Below are positions 47,729-57,305 of a DNA stretch of 64,000 nucleotides, in pieces. This DNA comes from an uncultured Solirubrobacteraceae bacterium (GTDB lineage: Bacteria > Actinomycetota > Thermoleophilia > Solirubrobacterales > Solirubrobacteraceae), in the NCBI GenBank assembly GCA_964588985.1, contig CAZPQW010000004.1, forward strand, positions 120,375 to 184,374. The letters run 5' to 3'. Position 1 is the stretch's first letter. Each line of letters begins with the position of its first letter. The position numbers were made by a program, and so were the translations under genes. Under the pieces are notes generated by a model, which worked only from the letters and a program-made list of their open reading frames with translations, did not search any database and was not told the DNA's origin.

Positions 47729-47790
47729 CTCCGGGACCGCGCTGAGCACGATCCCGGAACCCGTGTCGTCGTTGCTGCCGGCCTCGTGCG

Positions 47791-48471
47791 TCAGCCAGCC
47801 GGCGTAGGCGGCGACCCCGGCACGGCACCCGGTGCGGCCCTGAGCCCTTTGCGCAGGATGCTCGCGCACTTCAACTGCGCCGCTTTGAACTTGGCGCTTG
47901 CGACGTTGATTCCGCGAGTGTTGAAGATCGGGCCTTTGCCCGACGTGTTGGCGGCCGGGATGTTGACGCCGTTTTCGCGTAGGCACGTGGCGAATTTGGC
48001 GAGCGCCTGTCTGAACTGGCCGCTTTTGAGGCGGGTGACGGCGCCGCCGAAGCGTCCGCCGTTCGGGAAGCCGCCGCACTTCTTGAGCGCCGCCTGATAC
48101 TGCGCGGCGGTCACGCCCTTCGGCAGCTGTGGTGCGCCTCCGGCGAGAAAGCCGGCTCCCGGCGCCTGCTGGCCCGGTGTCCTTTTGGGCAGCACGATGC
48201 CGCTCTTCTGGAGGCATTCGCGCACGGCCAGGAAGCGCGTGCGCGCCCCGGCGAACCCTTTGCTCGTCGCTTTGGTCGTAGCTTTCGTCGTGCCGGTGGC
48301 ATTGCCCGAGGCGCTCGCGGTCGTCGCGGCGGTCGTCGCTGTACTCGAAGTGGACGAGCTGGAGGAGGCGCTGGACGAGCTCCCGCAGGCCGCCAGTGCG
48401 AGGCTCGCTAGGACGAGCAGGAGACCGGCCGCGAGTGCGGGTCTTGATCTGTTGCTGCTGAATCGAGGCAT
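47791..48471 (-). CDS. Ser/Thr/Gly-rich lipoprotein with two repeated Cys-containing units
   Basis: Lipobox LAAC; CLQKSGI..P / CLRENGVNIP and ALKKC / AQLKC repeats. Confidence 0.8.
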   Translation of the reverse strand: MPRFSSNRSRPALAAGLLLVLASLALAACGSSSSASSSSSTSSTATTAATTASASGNATGTTKATTKATSKGFAGARTRFLAVRECLQKSGIVLPKRTPGQQAPGAGFLAGGAPQLPKGVTAAQYQAALKKCGGFPNGGRFGGAVTRLKSGQFRQALAKFATCLRENGVNIPAANTSGKGPIFNTRGINVASAKFKAAQLKCASILRKGLRAAPGAVPGSPPTPAG

Positions 48472-48561
48472 TGAACTCCTTGTCGATGATCTGCTGACGA
48501 ACGCGCCGCCTCTAGGCGAATGCGGTTCGAAAGATAGTGAGCGATGTAGCTAAGTCCCCGC

Positions 48562-49263
48562 TCAACCGCCGTTTCCGAACAGCGCCGGCGAGCCTCCGCC
48601 GCTCGCTCCACCGCCTGTCGCGGTCGGGCCGCCACCGCGGCCGGCGCCGAACAGGGCCGCGAGACCGCCGCCGGTGGATCCGACGCTGATCGTTTCGGCG
48701 CTTACGGTGCCGTTCTTGCCGGTGGCGCCGAGGATCGTGACGGTTTCCCCGGGGTGGATGGACTTGACGTGAGAGCTGACGGTCTTGGTGACCGTGGTGC
48801 CCGCCGACGTGAGCACCTTGACGGTGTTGCCTTCGGCGTCGGTCACGTACAGCGTGCTGCCTGAGAGATAGGAGACTTCGCCGGACGTTCGCCCAGCGCC
48901 GGCGGCGCCGGGAAAGCCACCCGCGCCCGTGTCGCTGGATCGGCTGCGCGCGCCTGTGGCGGCGCCGGAGCGCAGTGCCGCGAAGCGCGCCGCGAGTCCC
49001 CCGGCGCCGCCACCGCTCGAGCTGGAGGAGCTCTGCCCCTTCTCCACGAGCACGCCGCCGATGAAACCGCAGGCGATCAGCAGGACCGCGAGCAGCGTCA
49101 GGGCGATTGGATTCCCGCCCACCCCGAGCAGCCGGCGGCGCGGGCGGCGGGGCAGCTCGGAGGGCTCCTCCATCCAGTCCTCGTCCTCGAGTCGCTCGTC
49201 GGTGAGTGTGGTTTGGTCGTCGGGCATCACAGGCTCCTCGTGGGGGGAAGTCGGGTCACTCAA
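48562..49263 (-). CDS. Single-TM Gly-rich protein with small OB-like domain (exporter-associated)
   Basis: TM LTLLAVLLIACGFIGGVLV; GEVSYLSGSTLYVTD. Confidence 0.75.
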   Translation of the reverse strand: MSDPTSPHEEPVMPDDQTTLTDERLEDEDWMEEPSELPRRPRRRLLGVGGNPIALTLLAVLLIACGFIGGVLVEKGQSSSSSSGGGAGGLAARFAALRSGAATGARSRSSDTGAGGFPGAAGAGRTSGEVSYLSGSTLYVTDAEGNTVKVLTSAGTTVTKTVSSHVKSIHPGETVTILGATGKNGTVSAETISVGSTGGGLAALFGAGRGGGPTATGGGASGGGSPALFGNGG

Positions 49264-50473
49264 AGCGCAGCGCTTCGATCGGTCGCAGGGACGCGGCGCG
49301 GGCGGCGGGGTAGGTGCCGAAGAACAGGCCCGAGAGCGCCGCGGCGCCGAAGGCGAGGAAGATCGAGTACGTGGCGATCTCGGGTTTCACTCCGGCGATT
49401 TCGAACTGGCTGCCGAGCACGCCGACGAGCACGCCGGTGAGGCCGCCGATCAACGACACGAGCACGGCCTCGGTGAGGAACTGGGTGAGGATGTCGCTGC
49501 GACGCGCGCCGATCGCCTTGCGGATGCCGATCTCGCGGGTGCGCTCGGTGACGCTCACGAGCATGATGTTCATCACGCCGATCCCGCCCACCAGCAGCGA
49601 GATCGCCGCGACCTCGCCGAGCAGGGTGGTGAACACGCTGCTCGTGGAGCTGGACGTGGACAGCAGCGAGCCCTGGTTGAGGACGTTGAAGCCCGGTTCG
49701 GAGGTGTTGGTGATCTTGTGGCGTTCCTCGATGATCGAGGTGGCCTCTCCTTCGGCGGCGTTCAAGGCCGCTTCGGACTTCGCCTCGACCGTGATCGAGT
49801 CGATCGGTCCGTAGCCGGTGAGCGAGTCCTGGACGGTGGAGATCGGGGCCATCACCACGTCGTCCTCGTTGGTGGCGCCGTTGGTGCCCTTCGCGGCGAG
49901 CACGCCGACGACTTCGAAGTTGCTGCCGTCGACCTTGACGTTCTGCCCGACGGCGCTCGCTCCGGAGAACAGTTCCTGCACGACCGTCTGTCCGATCACG
50001 GCGACGCGCCTGTGCTGGCTGACGTCCGCCGCGGTGAACGACGCGCCTTCCTGGAGCCTGTAGCTGTGGGCGGTGAGGTAGGAGGGGATGGTGCCGACGA
50101 ACGAGGACGGTTCGTAGCTCGTGCTGCCCGCGACCAGTTTCACCGCGCTCGCGTTGACGACCGGCGAGGCGCTCAGCACGTCGGGGGCCTTGCCCGGTTC
50201 CTGCAGCGCTTCGGCGTCTCGCTTGGTGAGCGACACGGTGCCGGCCGAGGCGAAGCGAGCGCCGCCGCGTCCGCCGCCGGCCTGCACGAGCAGGACGTTC
50301 GTGCCGAGGCTCTGGATCGTCGACTTGACCGCTCGCGAGGAGCCGTTGCCGACCGCGATCAGGACGATCACCGAGGCGACGCCGATCGTCATCCCGAGGA
50401 TCGTCAGCCCGGAGCGGAGCTTGTTGGCGGTGATGCCGCTCCACGCGATCCGCAGCGTCTCGGGCCCGATCAT
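49256..50473 (-). CDS. MacB-like ABC permease
   Basis: RSGLTILGMTIGV, GGIGVMNIMLVSVTERTREIGIRKAIGA, PIEALRFE. Confidence 0.95.
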   Translation of the reverse strand: MIGPETLRIAWSGITANKLRSGLTILGMTIGVASVIVLIAVGNGSSRAVKSTIQSLGTNVLLVQAGGGRGGARFASAGTVSLTKRDAEALQEPGKAPDVLSASPVVNASAVKLVAGSTSYEPSSFVGTIPSYLTAHSYRLQEGASFTAADVSQHRRVAVIGQTVVQELFSGASAVGQNVKVDGSNFEVVGVLAAKGTNGATNEDDVVMAPISTVQDSLTGYGPIDSITVEAKSEAALNAAEGEATSIIEERHKITNTSEPGFNVLNQGSLLSTSSSTSSVFTTLLGEVAAISLLVGGIGVMNIMLVSVTERTREIGIRKAIGARRSDILTQFLTEAVLVSLIGGLTGVLVGVLGSQFEIAGVKPEIATYSIFLAFGAAALSGLFFGTYPAARAASLRPIEALRFE

Positions 50474-51258
50474 GGCCGTGCCTCGGTGAGACCCGCGTCG
50501 AGGGGGCGCTGGTGGGCGGACTTCTGTCCGCGCGGAGCGGGCGGCGGGTCGTGGACGGCGAGCGTGCGGGTGTCCTGCACGACGGCTCCGTCGCTCAGCC
50601 TGATCACGCGCTTGGTCTGTTCGGCGACGTCGGGCTCGTGGGTGATCAGCACCACCGTTCGCCCGTCCTCGTTGAGGCCCGTGAAGATCTCGAGCACGTC
50701 CTCGGTGGAGTGCGAGTCGAGGTTCCCGGTGGGCTCGTCGGCGAGGATCAGCGATGGGTTGGTGACGATCGCGCGCGCGACCGCGACGCGCTGCTGCTGG
50801 CCGCCGGAGAGCTCGGAGGGCTGGTGGTGCAGCCGGTGTGCCATCCCGACCGAGCGCAGGGCCTGCTCGGCGCGGCGTCGTCGCTCGGCGCCCTTCAGGC
50901 CGGCGTAGGCGAGCGGCAGCTCGACGTTCACGAGCGCGCTGGTGCGCGCTACGAGGTTGAAGCTCTGGAAGACGAACCCGATCTTGCGGTTGCGCAGGTC
51001 GGCGAGGTCGTCCTCGTCCATTTCGCTCACGTCGACGCCGTCGATCAGGTAGCGCCCGCTGGTGGGTATGTCGAGGCAGCCGAGGATGTTCATCAGCGTG
51101 CTCTTGCCGCTGCCGGAGCTGCCCATGATCGCGACCATGTCGCCGGTGTCGATGCGCAGCGTCACGTCGCGCAGCGCGCGCACGCGGATCTGCCCGAGGT
51201 CGAACACCTTGCTCACCTCGCGCACCGCGATCACCGGACGCTGGCGTACCAGGACCAT
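50470..51258 (-). CDS. ABC ATP-binding protein (MacB-like)
   Basis: GSSGSGKS, LSGGQQQR, ILADEPTGNLD, ITHE. Confidence 0.95.
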   Translation of the reverse strand: MVLVRQRPVIAVREVSKVFDLGQIRVRALRDVTLRIDTGDMVAIMGSSGSGKSTLMNILGCLDIPTSGRYLIDGVDVSEMDEDDLADLRNRKIGFVFQSFNLVARTSALVNVELPLAYAGLKGAERRRRAEQALRSVGMAHRLHHQPSELSGGQQQRVAVARAIVTNPSLILADEPTGNLDSHSTEDVLEIFTGLNEDGRTVVLITHEPDVAEQTKRVIRLSDGAVVQDTRTLAVHDPPPAPRGQKSAHQRPLDAGLTEARP

Positions 51259-52652
51259 CAGCCGCCGCCCCTGAAGAACGCCGCGCCACCGCCGGCGAAG
51301 CCGCCCCCGCCGCCGAGTCCGAGTGCGCCGGCGCGGCGGCCGAGCAGTGAGCTCGTGCCGCTGGAGCTGCTCGTGGTGGCGCTCGGAAGCACGATCGTTT
51401 CGCCCGCCTTGAGGCCGCTGAGGACGATCGTGGAGCTGTTGCCGGCCAACCCGGTGACGACTCGTTGGCTCACGTGCTTGGTGCCGTGCACGACCGTGAC
51501 GGCGCCGGCGGAGATCGCGCTGGTGGGCACGTTGATGCCTTCGGCCTGCTTGACGACGACTTCGGCGGTCGCGCTCATACCGGGCTTGAGGCCCGCCTCG
51601 AGCTGGTCGAGTTGGAAGGTGACGTCGTAGCTGACGACGCCGCTGTTGCTCGTCGAGAGGATCGCGACTTCGCGCACGTGCGCGGCCACCTTGCGCCCGC
51701 TCAGCGCTTCGATGGTGACGGTGGCGATCTGGCCGGCCCTGACGTTGCCGATTTCGGACTCGCTGAGCGGCACGACGAGCTCCATCGAGCTGAGGTCGCT
51801 GAGGACCGCGAACGCGGAGCTGGAAGAGCTCGAAGAGCTGGCGGAGCTGGAGCTGGCGGCGGCGCTCGAACGCGCGCCCGTCGCCGATGAGCCGCCGCTG
51901 CCCGAGCCCGATCCGCTGGACGAGGAAGCGCTCGCGGTGTCCCTGCTCGTGCCGCTCGCCGAGACGGTTTCACCGACTTCGCCGGCGAGCGAGGCGATCG
52001 TGCCGGCCTCGGGTGCGTAGAGCTTCGTGTCCTGCACAGCCTCCTCGTCGCCGCGAACGGTGAGCGCGTCGCTCTTGACGGCGGCTCTCGCCGAGGCGAG
52101 GTTTGCTTCGCGTGTCGCGGTGCTGATCGTGGTGGTGGAGGACGATTCCGTGGTGGTTTTCGAAGCGTGTTCCTTCTTGGCGGTGGATTCGCGCTTGGAC
52201 GCGGCTTCTTCGGAGGTAGCGGCCGCCCCCGCCTTTGTCGAGCCCGACCCGCCCCCGCCGCCGGACCCTTCGCCGCCGGTTTCTTCTTCCTTGGCGAGGT
52301 TCGCTTCGGCGGACTGCAGGGAGGCGCGCGCCTGTTCGAGCGTGACTTCCGCGCTCTGGGGGTCGAGTGTGGCGAGCAGTTGGCCCTGCGTCACTTCCTG
52401 TCCCTGTGCGACATAGATGTGTGTGACCGTTCCGCTCGTCTTGAAGCCGAGGTTCAGCTGGCTCTCCGGCTGCAGGTTGCCGGTTCCCGACACGGTTGAC
52501 TGCACGACTCCCCGTGCGACGGTGGCGGTGCGCGTGACGGTGCTCTGGCTGCCGGAGGCTGGTCCGACGACGAGCACGGCGGCGACGATCGCACCGGCGC
52601 AGAGGGCCGCAAGTGCGAAGACGACCCAGGATGCTCCGGTGCGTTCGGTCAT
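51258..52652 (-). CDS. Efflux membrane-fusion/adaptor protein (HlyD/MacA-like)
   Basis: N-terminal TM, SGTVTHIYVAQGQEVTQGQLL lipoyl-like half, LYAPEAG, LKPGMSA. Confidence 0.9.
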   Translation of the reverse strand: MTERTGASWVVFALAALCAGAIVAAVLVVGPASGSQSTVTRTATVARGVVQSTVSGTGNLQPESQLNLGFKTSGTVTHIYVAQGQEVTQGQLLATLDPQSAEVTLEQARASLQSAEANLAKEEETGGEGSGGGGGSGSTKAGAAATSEEAASKRESTAKKEHASKTTTESSSTTTISTATREANLASARAAVKSDALTVRGDEEAVQDTKLYAPEAGTIASLAGEVGETVSASGTSRDTASASSSSGSGSGSGGSSATGARSSAAASSSSASSSSSSSSAFAVLSDLSSMELVVPLSESEIGNVRAGQIATVTIEALSGRKVAAHVREVAILSTSNSGVVSYDVTFQLDQLEAGLKPGMSATAEVVVKQAEGINVPTSAISAGAVTVVHGTKHVSQRVVTGLAGNSSTIVLSGLKAGETIVLPSATTSSSSGTSSLLGRRAGALGLGGGGGFAGGGAAFFRGGG

Positions 52653-52727
52653 GTCTCTCGAGTAGATAGTCCGCACGATCCGTAAGACGCGGCGAAGAAA
52701 GCGCACAAAGGGGGATAAAGTCTGCGC

Positions 52728-53723
52728 ATGCCCTCCTATGGCGGGATCGACCTGGGTGGCACGAAGATCCAGGCGGCGATCCTCGACGCGGACCACAACG
52801 TGCTCGGCTCGGCGCGTCGTCCGACGCCCACGAGCGGGGGTCCGGCGGACGTGGCGAGGGAGATGGAGGCGGCGCTGCGCGACGCCGCCAAGGCGGCGGA
52901 GCTCGAGCCGGCGACGCTGGTCGGAGTGGGGGTGGGCTCGCCCGGCACGATCGAGGACGGCGAGGTGACGAGCGCGCGCAACCTGCCCGACTGGGAAGGC
53001 ACTTTCCCGCTGGCCAAGACGCTCGCGGACGCGCTCGGCTGCGAGGTGAAGGTGGGCAACGACGTGCAGGTGGCAACCGACGCGGAGTTCAAACTGGGCG
53101 CGGGGCGGCTGTACGACTCGGTGCTGGGCGTCTTCTGGGGTACTGGGGTCGGAGGTGGGCTGATCCTCGACGGCAAGCCGTGGACGGGGCGCGGCGGGGC
53201 TGGGGAGATCGGTCACGTGGTGGTGGAGATCGACGGCGCGCGGTGCACGTGTGGGCGGATCGGCTGCATGGAGGCCTACGCGGGCCGCTCGGCGATGGAA
53301 CGCCACGCGGCGGAGCTCGTGGAGAAGGGCCGCAAGACGGACCTGTTCAAGTTGATGAAGGAGCGCGAGCGTTCGCGCGTTACGAGCGGCATCTGGGCGC
53401 GGGCGCTGGAGCACGGCGACAAGCTCGCGGTGCACATGGTCGACCGCGCGATACGTGCGCTCGGCGCGGGGATCGCGTCGGTGGTGAACGTGCTCGACGT
53501 GGAGGGTGTGATCGTCGGCGGCGGCATGGGCGTGCGCCTCGGCCACCCGTATGTGAAGCGGATCTCCGACGCGATGCAGCCGCACCTGTTCGCCGACTCG
53601 CGCCCGCCGCACGTGCATGTCGCCGCACTCGGCGATCTCGGCGGCGCGATTGGGGCGTCGCTGCTGCTCAGTCGCGAGGACCCGCCTCGCGGCGCCCGCC
53701 GGCGCACCCGCGCCAAGAAGTAG
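52728..53723 (+). CDS. ROK family sugar kinase (glucokinase-like)
   Basis: GIDLGGTK, GNDVQVA, GTGVGGG, GEIGH, CTCGRIGCME. Confidence 0.93.
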   Translation: MPSYGGIDLGGTKIQAAILDADHNVLGSARRPTPTSGGPADVAREMEAALRDAAKAAELEPATLVGVGVGSPGTIEDGEVTSARNLPDWEGTFPLAKTLADALGCEVKVGNDVQVATDAEFKLGAGRLYDSVLGVFWGTGVGGGLILDGKPWTGRGGAGEIGHVVVEIDGARCTCGRIGCMEAYAGRSAMERHAAELVEKGRKTDLFKLMKERERSRVTSGIWARALEHGDKLAVHMVDRAIRALGAGIASVVNVLDVEGVIVGGGMGVRLGHPYVKRISDAMQPHLFADSRPPHVHVAALGDLGGAIGASLLLSREDPPRGARRRTRAKK

Positions 53724-53742
53724 CCGCGCCGAGCCGCGCCGG

Positions 53743-55053
53743 CTACAGGCCGACGACGGTGATCACGACGAGCGCGATCGACAGCGAGGAGGTCAGCACG
53801 ACGGTGACGGCGGCGGCGCCGTTGAGCACACCGCGGCTGCGTCGCTCGCCCATCACGTGATGTGACTGGGAGAGGCGCCAGATGAAGAACAGGTTGATCG
53901 GCAGCAGCAGTCCGTTGACGACCTGGACACCGACGAGCAGCGAGATCACGGGCAGCCCGGGGATGATCGCGACGAACGTGCTGATGAGGATCATCGCGGT
54001 GATGATGTTCATGAACACGGGCGCATCCTCGCGGCGCCGGCCGATCCCCTTCTCGTAGCCGAGCGACTCGGAGACCACGTAGGAGGTGGCGATCGGCAGG
54101 ATCGCGGCGGCGAGCAGGCTCGCGCCGAGCAGCCCGACGCCGAACAGCACCTCCGCGTATTCGCCTGCGAAGGGCGCGAGTGAGCGGGCGGCGTCGGCGG
54201 CGGAGGAGATGCTGTGCACGCCGTGGGTGAACAGCGTGGCGCCGGTGGCGATGATGATGAACGCGGCGATGATGTTCGCGAACACCGCACCGGCGACGGC
54301 CTCGCGCTCCTCCTTGCCGAGCTCGTCCTCGCGCACCCCGCGCTCGACGACCGCGGACTGCAGGTAGAGCTGCATGTACGGGGTGATGGTGGTGCCGGCG
54401 GTCGCGATCAGCAGCAGCAGGAAGGCGGAGTTGGCGTGCAGCTGCGGCACGACGAGCGCTTTGCCGACGGACGCCCAGTGGGGGTGGGCGACGATCGCGG
54501 CGATCGGGTAGGCGAAGAACGGGATGGTGAACCAGATGAAGATCCGCTCGGCCGAGCGGTAGGAGCCGCGCATGATGATCAGCCAGATTCCGAGTGCGGC
54601 GATCGGGACGCTGATCTGGGCGGGTATGCCGGCGAGCCCGAGCGCGGCGCCGACGCCGACGAAGTCCGAGATGCAGATGCCGAGGTTGGCTATCAGCACG
54701 GCGCTGGTGGCGAGCACCGACCAGCGGATGCCGTACTCCTCGCGCACGAGCTCGGCGAGGCCCTTGCCGGTGACGACGCCCATGCGCGCGGCGAGCATCT
54801 GCACGAGCCCGAGTGAGATGGTGATCAGCACGATCGTCCACAGCAGGCCGTAGCCGTACTTGGCGCCGACGGAGGAGTACGTCGCGATGCCGCCCGCGTC
54901 GTTGCCCGCGTTGGCGGCGATCAGACCCGGGCCGAGCAGGCCGAGGAAGGCGAAGATGCGCGCGCGGCGGGGGTTAAAGCGGGCAGGCAGGCGCGGTCGG
55001 CCACGAATGGCCGACCTGGTGCGACGCATGACGGACGGTACTCGGACCGCCAT
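53743..55053 (-). CDS. NRAMP-related divalent metal (probably Mg2+) transporter
   Basis: GPGLIAANAGNDAGG in TM1, GTTITPY in TM6. Confidence 0.9.
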   Translation of the reverse strand: MAVRVPSVMRRTRSAIRGRPRLPARFNPRRARIFAFLGLLGPGLIAANAGNDAGGIATYSSVGAKYGYGLLWTIVLITISLGLVQMLAARMGVVTGKGLAELVREEYGIRWSVLATSAVLIANLGICISDFVGVGAALGLAGIPAQISVPIAALGIWLIIMRGSYRSAERIFIWFTIPFFAYPIAAIVAHPHWASVGKALVVPQLHANSAFLLLLIATAGTTITPYMQLYLQSAVVERGVREDELGKEEREAVAGAVFANIIAAFIIIATGATLFTHGVHSISSAADAARSLAPFAGEYAEVLFGVGLLGASLLAAAILPIATSYVVSESLGYEKGIGRRREDAPVFMNIITAMILISTFVAIIPGLPVISLLVGVQVVNGLLLPINLFFIWRLSQSHHVMGERRSRGVLNGAAAVTVVLTSSLSIALVVITVVGL

Positions 55054-55092
55054 CGAACTTTCCGCTGGGAACGTTCACGACGGCCAGTGTAA

Positions 55093-56379
55093 TCAGTCCT
55101 CGCCGAGGAGACCGAAGCGCCGACGCCAACCCCGCGGCAGCATCGCCTCGAGCACGTCGTCGACGGTGACGACGCCCACCATGCGCTCGTGCTGGTCGAC
55201 GACGGGGATCGAGGTGAGGTTGTAGTCGGCCATCAGCCGCGCGACCTCCTCGAAGTGGGCGTTTGGCTTCAGGCAGGGGATCTCGTGCTTGACGATCAGC
55301 TCGAGCGGCTGGCTGGGCTCGACGCGCAGCAGCGCGGTGACCGGGATGCTCCCCTCGAGCTTGCCGTCGGCGGAGCTGACGAACACCGCGCCGAGCAGCT
55401 CGGGGGCGATGCGGCTGTGGCGGACCGATTCGAGCGCCTCGCCGGCCGTGGTCGAGCCGCGCAGCAGGACGAAGTCCGGGCTCATCAGCCCGCCGGCCTC
55501 GGCCGGGTCGTAGCCGAGCAGCGCGCGCACCTTGACGCGGTGGCTGACGGGCAGCAGCGCGAGCACCGGCTCGCGGCGGTCCTCGTCGAGCTCGCCGACG
55601 ATGTCGGCGGCGTCGTCGGGCGCCATCCGCGAGAGGATCTCGGCCACCTGGTCGTTGGGGCGGTCCTCGAGGAACTCGCGTTGGTGCTGGTCGTCGAGCT
55701 CCTCGAACACGTCCGCCTCGAGCTCGCGGTCGTCGTCGCCGACGGCCTGGATGATCTCCTCGCCCTCGTGGCGCGAGGCGGCCTCCACGAGGTCCGCGAT
55801 CTGTGCGGGGTGGAGCTTTGCGAGCTTGGGGTGGGGAACACGCAGGCGCACCGTGGGCACGTGTCCGACGAACGGCTCGACGCCCGCCCAGTCGAGGAAC
55901 TCGCCGGTGCCGATGTGCGCGCCGAGCCGCTTGGGCAGCAGGCGGCGGAAGCCTCCGCGCGGGCCGGTGTCGACGCCGACGACGCGCCACATGCCGCCGA
56001 TCAGCGCGAGCTCGATCTCGTTGGAGCGCACGAGGCGCGCGCCCTCGACGTTGATCAGCTGGCGGTCGAGCAGGTCGCGCTTGAGCAGCACCTCCTCGGG
56101 GCGGCGTTCGAAGCGGCGCAGGTCGAGCTTGGCCTTGCGCAGGGTCACGCCCTCGGGCGCGATCTCCGAGGCGCGGTCGGCGCCGAGGAACGAGGTGCGT
56201 CCCGCGACGCTCACGAGCAGGCCGGTGATCGGCGGGTAGCCGACGCCGCCGAGTCGGACGATCAGGTCCTGGACCTTGCCGAGGCGCTCGCCGTCGGCGT
56301 CGCGCAGCGGGCTGCCGACGATCGAGGAGAGGTGGAGGATCGGCGGCGTCTGGGCGGCGGGGGCGCTCATGGTGCTCAT
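55093..56379 (-). CDS. Soluble PRC-barrel / MgtE N-domain / CBS-pair protein
   Basis: LRDADGERLGKVQD, LHPAQIADLVE, MAPDDAADI, AGGLM, GVVTVDDV; no TM domain. Confidence 0.88.
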   Translation of the reverse strand: MSTMSAPAAQTPPILHLSSIVGSPLRDADGERLGKVQDLIVRLGGVGYPPITGLLVSVAGRTSFLGADRASEIAPEGVTLRKAKLDLRRFERRPEEVLLKRDLLDRQLINVEGARLVRSNEIELALIGGMWRVVGVDTGPRGGFRRLLPKRLGAHIGTGEFLDWAGVEPFVGHVPTVRLRVPHPKLAKLHPAQIADLVEAASRHEGEEIIQAVGDDDRELEADVFEELDDQHQREFLEDRPNDQVAEILSRMAPDDAADIVGELDEDRREPVLALLPVSHRVKVRALLGYDPAEAGGLMSPDFVLLRGSTTAGEALESVRHSRIAPELLGAVFVSSADGKLEGSIPVTALLRVEPSQPLELIVKHEIPCLKPNAHFEEVARLMADYNLTSIPVVDQHERMVGVVTVDDVLEAMLPRGWRRRFGLLGED

Positions 56380-56435
56380 CGTAAGACTCTCCGGCAGCGG
56401 TGGCGCGGCGGCGTGCGGATAACTATGTTGGATGA

Positions 56436-57305
56436 GTGCCGCCCTTCTGGACATCGATCGTGGTGCTCTCCTTCGTGCAGGGCGTGCTCGTGGCGCTTCC
56501 GGGCGCGATCTCGATTCCGCGCGTGGCGCGGTTGCGCGCTCGGCGCTGGGCGCTGATTCCGCCGCTGTCGGTGGTGGGCTTCGTGTTCGTCGCGCGTGCG
56601 GCCGAACGCGCGAGCGCGCAGGGGCTCACGTATCTCGCGGTGTGTGCCGTGCCGGTGCTCGCCGCGCTGGCGCTGGGCTGGCTGTTGTGGCGTCCACGCC
56701 CCCGTTGGGCGCTGCTCGTGGTGCCGCTGTTCGCGCTCGCGTGGCTCGATCGTGGCGGGCTGGCGGGGGAGACGGCGGCGCTGGCGCTCTCGGGGCTCAG
56801 CTGTGTGGCGCTCGGCGTGCTGTTGGCGAGCATCACTCCGCCGCGGTGGTTAGCGGCGGGGGTCGTGGCGATGGCGGTGGCGGACAGTGCGCTGGTGATC
56901 TCGGACCTGCTGCAGCGTCCGAACGACGCGCTCAACGCGGCGCACCCCGCGGCGGGCCTGCCGCGGCTGCAGAGCGCTGTGTTCGGGCACGCGGTGATGG
57001 GTTACGGCGACCTGTTCATCGCGGGCGCCCTCGGGGGGTTGTTGGCGGCGACGGTCGGTCGGTCGTTGCAGCTGCGCACGGCGCGGCTGACGGCGGCGCT
57101 CGCGCTCGTGTTCGACCTGCTGTTCTTCGTCGTCAGCGAGCTGCCCGCCACGGTGCCGGTGGCGTGTGCGCTGATCGTGGTCGTGCTCACGCGCCGGCGG
57201 GAAGCCTCTCCGCGGGGGCTGCGTGCTCCTGCGGCGGCACGGATCGGATCCGTGGGCGCTCGGGCGCCTCGCTCTGCGGCTGTGCGGCGATCGCCCTCGC
57301 GGTGA
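56436..57305 (+). CDS. Polytopic membrane protein, candidate GxGD (presenilin/SPP-like) intramembrane aspartyl protease
   Basis: About 8-9 hydrophobic segments; AVAD, MGYGDL and LPATVP in presenilin order. Confidence 0.65.
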   Translation: MPPFWTSIVVLSFVQGVLVALPGAISIPRVARLRARRWALIPPLSVVGFVFVARAAERASAQGLTYLAVCAVPVLAALALGWLLWRPRPRWALLVVPLFALAWLDRGGLAGETAALALSGLSCVALGVLLASITPPRWLAAGVVAMAVADSALVISDLLQRPNDALNAAHPAAGLPRLQSAVFGHAVMGYGDLFIAGALGGLLAATVGRSLQLRTARLTAALALVFDLLFFVVSELPATVPVACALIVVVLTRRREASPRGLRAPAAARIGSVGARAPRSAAVRRSPSR

